A DNA stretch of 64,000 nucleotides from Histomonas meleagridis 2922-C6/04-290x (Eukaryota > Protista > Parabasalia): NCBI GenBank assembly GCA_020184695.1, contig JAANOX010000034.1, forward strand, positions 543,118-607,117. Direction: 5' to 3'. Shown here piece after piece: positions 42,580-52,375 of the stretch. The first letter of the stretch is position 1; each line of letters begins with the position of its first letter. Position numbers and translations under genes: made by a program. Below the pieces are notes generated by a model that was not told the DNA's origin, did no database searches, and saw nothing but the letters and a program-made list of their open reading frames with translations.

Positions 42580-45500
42580 ATGTGGAGTGATCAAACTTCC
42601 ACATTCGAAAAAGAATCACAAAATGACCCTAATTCTGATCCATACGAGCAAGATACAAATGAGGAATTCGAATTTTATCGTTTGCCTTCTGATTCCTTAA
42701 GAATTGAAAGAATAGTTGCACATAGAATAGATGACGATGGAGAAAAATCATATTTAGTAAAACTAAGGTCAAAGAGTTATAGAGAATGTCAATGGATCAG
42801 AGAAAATGAAATTTCATCTTCAAGTGAATTAAATAGTATGATAAATGAATATAAAAAGAAGAACCCTAGGCCTTCCAAAGAACCATACTTCAACCCAGCT
42901 TATGTACAACCCGAAAGAATAGTTTTTACTCAAAATGACAATTATTTGGTAAAATGGCAAAAACTTGATTTTGACCAAAGTACATGGGAGACGCCACAGT
43001 CTCTTCGAGACGATACCTTAATTCAAAATTTTGAAGATGAAATAAATTCGCTTAACATTTCACATACAGAAACCCAACGTGAATCAATTCCAAAAGACAG
43101 TGATCTACTTACGAATCAATACCATTCATCGAAATCAGGTAAAATTGTACATTATTCATTTGTGCCCATCATTAATTCTCTCTTAAAATCCTGGAAAAGA
43201 AAACAAAACCGAATACTTTCAGGCAGTAATAGACGTTCTAAAGCATGTCAACTTCTTCAGTTTATTAATCGAGTAGCTGAATGTAATTGTGATATTTCAC
43301 CAGCTTTATTTGTTACATCTCCCACCGAAATCCTTAACTGGGAACGCGAAATTTATGATTGGACCAATTTTCGAGAAATATCGTATGTTGGAAGTGATTA
43401 TAGTCGTAAGTTAATCCAAGATTATATCATGAGATATCCCGGTAAACAAGGTCGACGATTTGATATCTTAGTTACAAGCCCTGATTACTTCCAAAGAGAT
43501 TTTGAAGCCATCCAAGAATTTGAGTGGAAATTGATCGTCATTGATGAACCTGAGAACAGCCGCGAACATGATGACAAATTCTATCAAAATATATCTACTT
43601 TATCATCCGGCTTTAAGATAATCTTAATTAATGAAGTTCATTTTCCAAGTGATTTATCAAATTATGCATATTTCTTGATTCCTAATCTTCAACGAAATTT
43701 AGAGAACTACAGTTTACAAAAGATTATCAAACCATTGATTATGGAAACTAATAGTCAAGTTCAAAGCACAATCAAAGAAATTATCTTTGAATGTCCAATC
43801 ACACCAATCCAAAAAGAAATTAGTCAACAAATCTATCAGCAAAACATGGAATTACTTTTATCTAATCGAATAAATCAAAACGAATTATTTAATATTTATA
43901 ACAAGTTATTAAATTTATATAATCATCCAAACACTATATTAACCAATGATAAAGTTGACTTGATTGAATCGTCGGGTAAATTAATGGTATTAAATCATTT
44001 ATTAGATACATTTAAACAAAAAGGTGAACGAGTATTATTATTAACGCAATCAACGAAAATGTTTGAAATATTTCAAGAATATTTCGAATATAAAGAATTT
44101 CAATATCAAAAACTCGATTCAAGTATTCGTGGGGAAAGTCGAAAAGAATCAATTGATAACTTTAATGATCGAAATAGTTCCGATTTTATCTTATTAATAT
44201 GTTCTAGAACTCGACTTAGTAACATTAAATTATTAAGTATTGACTCAGTGATAATATATGACAATAATTTAAATCCACAAATTGATATCTTAAATGCAAT
44301 CGAATGTACTTCATCTGAAGAAGTACAATTCTTAAGATTAGTTACAAATAAAACATTCGAAAAAGAATTATTAAATAATGATATTAATAACCCTGAAGTA
44401 TTAACAACGAAGACTGAAAAAATCGAAAATTTACTTAAAATTAGTGCGAATTATTGCTTTAGGAATTTCGATGAAGAAGAAGACGAAAATGTAAATAACA
44501 TCGATTACATATTAGAAAACCCTATAATTGTAAAACATGACATTGATTTCGAAACTGATCAAATGAAATCTTTTTACGAAAACAAGCCAATTAAAAACAA
44601 TGATATCGATATATCAGTATCATCGAAAATATTTTGGAGAAGAATTAATCAACTGAAATCGTTTAAAAATGCTAAAAATAACAAATTCATTCAATTTGAT
44701 GATGAAGTTCATGAACTTCATGAAGAAGAAGAAGAAAAACATGAAAACCTACCTCCATTTATAAGTCAAAACATTGAAGATGAAGAAGAACACGAAATTG
44801 AAATAGAAAATGTACCAATAATACAATATCAAAGAGAAAGTGTTTGGAACCAAAATAAAATCGATGAATTATTGGCCGCTTTAATGAAATTTGGTTATAA
44901 TCGATGGGATAAAATAATGGAATATACACATTTTAATATTTCAATTGAAGAAATCAAAAATGTTTCATTTGTAATATTAAAATGGTTATTAGAAAATGCA
45001 ACAAAAACATTTCCAGAGCTCCAAATATTATATAATAAATTTAAATCACGCGAAACAAGAAGGTTCGAAAAAGAGTTTAACAAACAGTATGAAAATATAC
45101 TTAAAGAAAATGTTATATATGAATGCGATGATAACTTACAAGTTATAAATTCATTGTATTATTTAAATCTATATATGGAAAATATACATTCCGCAAATGA
45201 AATTACAATTCCAAATGTACCAAATCCGCCTTCTAAATGGTGGACAGATAATGATGATAAGAATTTGATATTCACAATTTATAATAATGGACTTGATGAC
45301 TACTCTGGCTTAGTGTTATTGAAACGAGTAGGACATAAAAAGTTACAATATAGATCTAAAGTTTTGTTGAAAACAATAGAAGAAGTAATAATAAACCCTT
45401 CAATTAGATCTAAATGGTCAGAAGTTGAACAAAATCAAATAATGGCACTTATTGTAAAGCATGGAATTAATTCTATCGAATTACTTTACAATAAATTAAA

Positions 45501-46740
45501 AATAAGTAAGCCGATAGATGACTTTGAAAAGTTTATTGGACAGATTTATTCAATTTGTAAACGGATAAAAAGAGGATTAAACCCTGATCAAAAATTATTG
45601 CCTCATCCAATAGAGTATGAAGATGCAATAGAAATATATCGAAGCTGTAAATTCTTTAAACTTATTAAATTCGTTACAAATTCATTTGACTTAAATGAAA
45701 ATGATCAAGCTTTAATCAGATATTTAAATTCAAACGGATTTGATAGAGCTAATGATGAACATAAAGTTTTACAAAGATTTGGTAAATCAAGTACATTAAC
45801 AATAATTAAGACTATTAGAAACATTTTAAACACACCGGTTGCTCCTCAAAGGGATGTAAATTTGAGTCAAAAAATTATAATTCGTAAATCAAACAATTCT
45901 AATGAATCAATTCAAATAAAACCGGTACCTAGAGGCACCCCAAGAGCCGATAAACCTCCAGCACCAATTCAAAAGCCGCCACCCGAACCGATAGAGACCA
46001 CACAATTTGGTGAAGTTAGGCTCCCAATTTTATTTGGTCAGACTCTGAAAATTGTTCAAATTGGAAAGTGCATAACCGATAGACCGTTATTTCATAACGA
46101 CCGTTATATTTATCCAGCTGGATTTATATCAGAGAAATTATACGCATCATTACTTAACCCAAATCAAAAAGAATGGTACAGATCAATGATTATAGACCGT
46201 GGAGGCGATGGGCCAGTCTTTAGAGTCGAAATGAAAAAACATCCAAAAATATTCTTTGAAGGAGATAAGCCATCTAACCCATGGGTAAACTTGGTTAAGG
46301 CGGTAGATAAAAAGAAGGCTCGAATGGCAATCAATCACTCCAAAGTTGCTGCAGTATCAGGTCCAAAATATTTCGGTTTATGTGAACCACTTGTTTTGAA
46401 AATTGTACGCAGTTTACCCGGCGCAGAGTTAATATTGAATGCGTCTACACGCGATAAAGATACGAAGGCAAATAACGAAATTATAAATATTAATAATACA
46501 ACAAATTCAAGAAATAATCGGAAACAACTCAAAAAAATTCAATTTGATTTCCATTTAGTAAGTGAAAATGAGCTTAATAGGAGAGATGATGTATATGAAG
46601 TAGACGGAGATTGGATGATAAGTGAATACTCAAGAAGAGAATACGTGCCATTAAGCAAAGGAAAGCCATTGATATACATAATGGATCGGCTGAGGAAAAA
46701 ATTCGAGGCTATATTTGTATCTGATGAAGAAGAAGAATAA
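42580..46740 (+). CDS. CHD-like protein: tandem chromodomains, degenerate SNF2 fold, C-terminal FYRN/FYRC
   Basis: IERIVAHR..YLVKL..Y..CQWI; PERIV..YLVKWQKLDFDQSTWE; IESSGKLMVL..LL; YQKLDSSIRGESR; FHNDRYIYPAGF; SGPKYFGL. Confidence 0.8.
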   Translation: MWSDQTSTFEKESQNDPNSDPYEQDTNEEFEFYRLPSDSLRIERIVAHRIDDDGEKSYLVKLRSKSYRECQWIRENEISSSSELNSMINEYKKKNPRPSKEPYFNPAYVQPERIVFTQNDNYLVKWQKLDFDQSTWETPQSLRDDTLIQNFEDEINSLNISHTETQRESIPKDSDLLTNQYHSSKSGKIVHYSFVPIINSLLKSWKRKQNRILSGSNRRSKACQLLQFINRVAECNCDISPALFVTSPTEILNWEREIYDWTNFREISYVGSDYSRKLIQDYIMRYPGKQGRRFDILVTSPDYFQRDFEAIQEFEWKLIVIDEPENSREHDDKFYQNISTLSSGFKIILINEVHFPSDLSNYAYFLIPNLQRNLENYSLQKIIKPLIMETNSQVQSTIKEIIFECPITPIQKEISQQIYQQNMELLLSNRINQNELFNIYNKLLNLYNHPNTILTNDKVDLIESSGKLMVLNHLLDTFKQKGERVLLLTQSTKMFEIFQEYFEYKEFQYQKLDSSIRGESRKESIDNFNDRNSSDFILLICSRTRLSNIKLLSIDSVIIYDNNLNPQIDILNAIECTSSEEVQFLRLVTNKTFEKELLNNDINNPEVLTTKTEKIENLLKISANYCFRNFDEEEDENVNNIDYILENPIIVKHDIDFETDQMKSFYENKPIKNNDIDISVSSKIFWRRINQLKSFKNAKNNKFIQFDDEVHELHEEEEEKHENLPPFISQNIEDEEEHEIEIENVPIIQYQRESVWNQNKIDELLAALMKFGYNRWDKIMEYTHFNISIEEIKNVSFVILKWLLENATKTFPELQILYNKFKSRETRRFEKEFNKQYENILKENVIYECDDNLQVINSLYYLNLYMENIHSANEITIPNVPNPPSKWWTDNDDKNLIFTIYNNGLDDYSGLVLLKRVGHKKLQYRSKVLLKTIEEVIINPSIRSKWSEVEQNQIMALIVKHGINSIELLYNKLKISKPIDDFEKFIGQIYSICKRIKRGLNPDQKLLPHPIEYEDAIEIYRSCKFFKLIKFVTNSFDLNENDQALIRYLNSNGFDRANDEHKVLQRFGKSSTLTIIKTIRNILNTPVAPQRDVNLSQKIIIRKSNNSNESIQIKPVPRGTPRADKPPAPIQKPPPEPIETTQFGEVRLPILFGQTLKIVQIGKCITDRPLFHNDRYIYPAGFISEKLYASLLNPNQKEWYRSMIIDRGGDGPVFRVEMKKHPKIFFEGDKPSNPWVNLVKAVDKKKARMAINHSKVAAVSGPKYFGLCEPLVLKIVRSLPGAELILNASTRDKDTKANNEIININNTTNSRNNRKQLKKIQFDFHLVSENELNRRDDVYEVDGDWMISEYSRREYVPLSKGKPLIYIMDRLRKKFEAIFVSDEEEE

Positions 46741-47227
46741 AATGATGTAAATGTAAATAAAAAAATTAAAATTATTTTGTATTATGTAATATTTTATGTT
46801 AAATATTTTGTAATTTATTATAATAATAACCACAAATATGAAATATATTTGTTATTGTTGATATTTTTTGTTACTGTTTCAAAAACACAATAACAAACGA
46901 TATGAATTACAAAACGACGATAGCTATTTTATACATCACTTTATAAGCAGTTAAGAAATGCTTTTGATGTTATCGCAAAAAATTTCTCTCTGTTTGTCAC
47001 ATTTATTTTCATATTTATTCGGAGTATTAAAGCAAGCCTGTTGAATTATTTGCACTCAACGCAAATGCCGTATAATAATATGAAATTTAATCAATGCATA
47101 CATTTATAAATGAAAATTTGTGATGTTTTTATTTGAGATGATATCTCTAAGTCTTTAATCGTAATCCAAAAACTAGCAGAGATATTTTTATAATAGCATT
47201 TAAAAAAAAATAAAAAAAGAAAATTGA

Positions 47228-48875
47228 TCAAATATTTTTAGCATTAATGTCGATTCCTTCTTGTTCGCTAATTGATTTAAAGATTTCGATGTTACCATTT
47301 TCAGATGCTTCAATAAGTGCTGTACTAAATAATATAAATAATTTCCAAATATTATTTTGAAATAAAAAATTATGAAAATAAATAATAAATAAAACAAATA
47401 AATATTTTTAGAATTAATATCAATTCCTTTATGTTCAAGAAGTAATTTAACTATTTCTGTATGACCATTCCAAGATGCTTCAATAAGTGCTGTATTAAAT
47501 AATTTAAATAATTTCCAAATATTATTTTGAAATATCAAATTATTATAATAAATATAACCTTTTGCATTGATATCAATTCCTTCTTGTTCAAGAAGTAATT
47601 TAACTATTTCTGTATGACCATTTTCAGATGCTTCAATAAGTGCTGTTTCGAATAATTTAAATGATTTCCGAATATTATTTTGAAATATTATATAATTAAT
47701 ATCAATATTAAATCAAACAAATAAAAATCTTTACCATTAATATCAATTCCTTCTTGATCTAAAATTTATCGAACAAGTTCAATATTTTCGATTTTTAGCA
47801 AAAATGCTAAAATATTTTTTGGAATTGGATTTTCTTTAAGAAAATTTCCAAAAACTGATGTTTTGATAATAATACCCTCATTAATTTTCAATCCATTATC
47901 TAGTAAAAACATAAAAATTTCAATGTTTCAACATGAAATGCATTTCACAGCCAATTTCTCTAAGTCATTCATTTCTACAATATTATTTTCATAAATATAA
48001 TGAAAAACATCATTTCGATGAAACATAATTGCCATTTCATATGCATCTTCAAATGATGCATGATTCTGTACACATAAATGAATTATTTCTATATTTCCAC
48101 CTGCAACTACATATTTACTTATATGATCCAATTTAGCACCATTTATAAGTAAATATTTAAAACATTTAAATGCTGAAAAAAATGCTGCATAACCAATTAA
48201 TGTAACATTATTTTGATTAATAAATGAACATCTTTCATAAAGTGATGGTTCAATTGTTTGATTAAAATCAAAATTTGTTTGTGATGATATTTCTTGAAGT
48301 TTTTCTATTTCATCATTTCGAATTATTTTTGCAATTTCACTTGGATTATGTCCTTCTTTGATTAATTTTTTATGTAGTTCCCAATCATTCTTTGAAAGTT
48401 CTTCATAATTATTAAATATTTGTTGAAAATCAAATGTATTATTTTGCTTTTCAAATTCTTCTTTAGTCATATAATGAACAAAAAAAGGATTTGGTTTGTT
48501 TTCTAATATTTTTGGATTAAGAATATTTCTTTCAATCATTTTTAAAATAAAATAATTTGATTTTTGGGTTTCATCTCGAAAAAATTTATAAAAAACTTCA
48601 GAAATTTTTGGTTTGATCTTATGAGTTTCTTGAAATGTATCAATTTCTTTTATAAAATCAAACCATATATCAAAATCATTAAATGAAACAGAACTGTAAA
48701 AATATATAAATTGAGCTATTGCTTGATTGAAAGAACATGGATGATTATAATCAAATATGTCAATAATTGATTGTAATGATTGCGAAAAGTTTTCTTTATT
48801 TAAATTAAATATAATGCATTTAATTGTTTCAATGATCTCGAGTTCATTTGGTTTTAGTTTTATCGCAGAAGCCAT
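47228..48875 (-). pseudogene. DUF3447-ankyrin gene C, probable pseudogene, 3 spacers
   Basis: In-frame TGA (47928-30) and TAA (47766-68) before the array; spacers of 77, 60 and 77 nt; three intact 93-nt blocks. Confidence 0.7.
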
Positions 48876-49177
48876 TACGAAATTAGTTTAACAAAATTGT
48901 TTTTAGCATTTGATGATTTACCTAGATCTCCAAAGCATAAAGAAAATAATACATAATAATGGTAATTATTATTTTTAATTTAGTCTTAGGAGTGAAACTG
49001 CATTAGGTAAAACATTTTAGAATTTTCCTTTTTATTCTGCTTTATTCAAAATGAATCAATTCATAAAAATAATAATATATTATTAAGATTTTTATTATTC
49101 CAATAGAAAAAAAATAGCGTTAACTTTATAGGACCCAACAATCTCATTTTGTATATCGTACTCAATAAAACAATGTT

Positions 49178-49354
49178 TTCCCGATTGAAGAAGGATCTGT
49201 AGTCCGTACTGGCACTGGAGCAAGTCGTTGCTATTAGAACACCGGTACTGAACCACTTGTGATTATCTGCATCCAAACTCTTGAATCTAAGGAGCCACTT
49301 AAGACTGGTCATGATGCTGAATTCCTCCAAACAGTACCAAGGTTCACAAAGTAA
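49178..49354 (+). pseudogene. Cupin-domain C-terminal fragment
   Basis: FPIEEGSVVRTGTGASRCY*NTGTEPLVIICIQ resembles the cupin motif-2 region; one in-frame TAG; no N-terminus. Confidence 0.55.
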
Positions 49355-49759
49355 AAGCTAAGTGAGCACTATTTTTATTGGTCGTCAAACATTGTATCAA
49401 ATTATTCTTGAGTTGCTTAGATTAAATTAACGTGTCAAAACATATTCTTATGAGTAAACAGGAATGCACTTCGTGCTGTTTACTTAGCTTCCCTCCGCAA
49501 ATAACTTCGTCAAGAAATTTTCAAATAAACTTATTGAGATAATAGAAAAATATTGATGGATAGAAAATTAGTTAATTTTAAAGAAACACATAATTATATA
49601 TAGTTTGATATACTTTTATCAACATATATATTAATTCATAATAAAAAAAAGCGTGTAAAAATTTCTAATTCTTAAACAAAAACATGCGGCTTTTCCCATT
49701 TCGAAAACTTATTTTATATAATGTAAAGAATCAATAAATTATGAATCATACAATAAATT

Positions 49760-52288
49760 TTATTTATTTTCTTTTTCTTTTTCCTTTTCTTGCTCTTTTT
49801 CAGCGCATATCTTTACCAGTTTATTATGAAACTCTTCTTGTTTATCCCAAGATTCTTGTATCATTTCAGCCAATTTTGTTATTTGATTTCTCATTTCACA
49901 CGAAGTATCAATTTGCTGAATGTTATTATTATTATTATTTTCATTACTATTATTATTATTATCTATTTGTATATTTTGATTTGAATCAGTTACATTTGAA
50001 AACTTTTGAATTTCTTCATCAGTTAACACATGTTTTTCACCATTTATAATATTTAAAATATTTTCATTAACTTCTATAGGTGTTATACTTACCATTGATT
50101 CGATTGTATTAATTTTATTTTTCAGATCAATTTTTTTACCAGAAACATTTTTTGCATTTCTTTTCTTTTCCCATGATAATATTGCCGCAATAGTTTTATC
50201 TTGTGAAGTTGTATCTTCTTTATAATTAATTTGTGATGTTGAAAATGTTCTTAATTTCCATGCAAAAGGCATTGTAAATTCACTAGATATACATTGTATT
50301 ATTAATTTTGTTTGATCTTTTTCATTCGGGAAATGACAATTCGGTAAAACAGCAAAACCAATTCCACGAACGCAATTAATTTCTTTATCATTTTCTTTGG
50401 AAATTAATGTTAATGAAAGTGGTTGAGATGTTTCTACAATAATAACACCATCACAACCACCGCTTATAATATTCTTTATAAAGATATGTGTTTCGTCCAT
50501 CTCTGTACATTCTCCATCGATTTCAGAATAATTATTATAATTCGTATTTATAATATCACTTAATTGTACATCACTAAATATACGTAATCGCCATTTACCT
50601 AATAATTCATTTGGTTGATATTTGAATATTTTTTCATTATATAAACCAAATAATATAACTGTATACCCATGTTGATTTGGTGTTAATGCAGTTCCTATAA
50701 TTCGTTGATTATTTGATGGTATAATTTCATTTGTATCATTATTAAATAACATTACTGCAATAAAATCTTTTTGTATTAAATTAGTTATGAAAATCGCTAT
50801 CGATATATTTCCTGGTTGATCTAAATTAAATGAAACTTTACCAATGAGTTCATATCTTTGTGGGAAAATAGATGTAAAATATTCTTCAAGTGATATATAA
50901 AATGGTAAATCGCCATCAATTGAAGTAACTGTTGATATATCATTAAAATCTAAAAATTCCATTTTTACATCATTCGAAAATATACGTAATACATAGCCTC
51001 CTTTAGAGTTAGTTTCAATTTCTATTAGTTCGTCATTATTTGTTATGTTTAATGTCTTTGTATTATATGATTGTTCTTTATATTCAAGTAATACATTTGT
51101 ATCTAATGAATTCCAGTTAAATCTTCGAAATGAAATTAATAATTCATTGGTTGGAGATGTAGTCATTATCGGTCCTGAACATATATAAATTTCTCCAGTA
51201 CCTTTACATCGTAATAATATTGGAGCTGGTGACGCATAAAATTGTGATTCTTTAGGATTCCATGAATCAATTCGAGTTAAATTAGTTTGAAATGATGATT
51301 GCGGTGAGAAAATAATTAATGAATCAAAATATTCAATAACATCATCATATAACATCCAAAAAAATTCAGACGTTTTGGCCGTTTCAGGATCTGTTTCAAG
51401 AATTAATCGTATTTTATTTGTCCAATGTTTAGTGTCTTCTTCATATCCACTAAAACGTCCATGCCATTTAGTTCCTGGACATTGTACTTTAATAAATTTA
51501 GTTTGTTGATCAATATCAACTAAATCATGAATATGAAAAAGTCGATCAGTCTCAAAACCTCCTTCATGTTCTTTACTAATATAAAGAGCAACGATAGAGT
51601 TGGGGTGCCCAAACCAGAATTGCAAGGTGCCCCAATTAATGGGTACTTCATGTCGAACAAACCCTGTGAATGCCGTAACAACATCAATTGTTGAAAATTC
51701 TTTAAATTTGCTAAAACGAAGAAAAGCTTTGTGACAAAGTGTAGGCATTAAAATTCTTTCATCTTTATGCCTTAATATTTGAGGTGTTTCATTTTCAAAT
51801 CCAATTTTATCATCAAAAATAAGTCTAATTGGTTGTCCATTCTCATAAAATTTCATACAATATTTTCCAGCAGGATTTAATTCTTTAGGAAAGACTTGTA
51901 ATGTTCCAGATTCAAAGAATTGAGTTCCTTTACTTAAACATAAAAATAAAGCTGAACTGAATTTTGGATCTATTTCTGGATTAAGAAATTCAAGCGGAAC
52001 TTCTGGATCAGTCATAACAGAATCTTGTGGAAAAAAACTTGGTATTCTTTGAAATGTAGAATATTTTTCATTAAAAATTGTAGATAATGATGAATCTTCA
52101 TAAATTGGTTTTTGAGCTACTTTCATTGTGTTTGGTTCATCTCCATTCCAGGAAGGGTATCTTGGAATTGGTTGATAATTTTTAAAATTTTTAAAATATG
52201 ACATTGTTGGAATTAGCCTCTTCCCTTTTGCAAATGATCTTTTACCTTGACGTGATTGTTCTTCTCTTCTTGAGGATAAAGGCTTCAT
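49760..52288 (-). CDS. Calpain-like (androglobin N-terminus-like) protein lacking the catalytic triad
   Basis: NPAGKYCMKFYENG..RLIFDD, LMPTLCHKAF, DVVTAFTGF; N-terminal YPSWN..IYED; first ATG at 52288. Confidence 0.6.
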   Translation of the reverse strand: MKPLSSRREEQSRQGKRSFAKGKRLIPTMSYFKNFKNYQPIPRYPSWNGDEPNTMKVAQKPIYEDSSLSTIFNEKYSTFQRIPSFFPQDSVMTDPEVPLEFLNPEIDPKFSSALFLCLSKGTQFFESGTLQVFPKELNPAGKYCMKFYENGQPIRLIFDDKIGFENETPQILRHKDERILMPTLCHKAFLRFSKFKEFSTIDVVTAFTGFVRHEVPINWGTLQFWFGHPNSIVALYISKEHEGGFETDRLFHIHDLVDIDQQTKFIKVQCPGTKWHGRFSGYEEDTKHWTNKIRLILETDPETAKTSEFFWMLYDDVIEYFDSLIIFSPQSSFQTNLTRIDSWNPKESQFYASPAPILLRCKGTGEIYICSGPIMTTSPTNELLISFRRFNWNSLDTNVLLEYKEQSYNTKTLNITNNDELIEIETNSKGGYVLRIFSNDVKMEFLDFNDISTVTSIDGDLPFYISLEEYFTSIFPQRYELIGKVSFNLDQPGNISIAIFITNLIQKDFIAVMLFNNDTNEIIPSNNQRIIGTALTPNQHGYTVILFGLYNEKIFKYQPNELLGKWRLRIFSDVQLSDIINTNYNNYSEIDGECTEMDETHIFIKNIISGGCDGVIIVETSQPLSLTLISKENDKEINCVRGIGFAVLPNCHFPNEKDQTKLIIQCISSEFTMPFAWKLRTFSTSQINYKEDTTSQDKTIAAILSWEKKRNAKNVSGKKIDLKNKINTIESMVSITPIEVNENILNIINGEKHVLTDEEIQKFSNVTDSNQNIQIDNNNNSNENNNNNNIQQIDTSCEMRNQITKLAEMIQESWDKQEEFHNKLVKICAEKEQEKEKEKENK

Positions 52289-52375
52289 TTTATCTTTTTT
52301 GTGTACGTTATTTTTGAATAAATAAACGTTCACCAACCAAATAGTGGATAGAACGTTAACTTTTTTAAAATTTAT

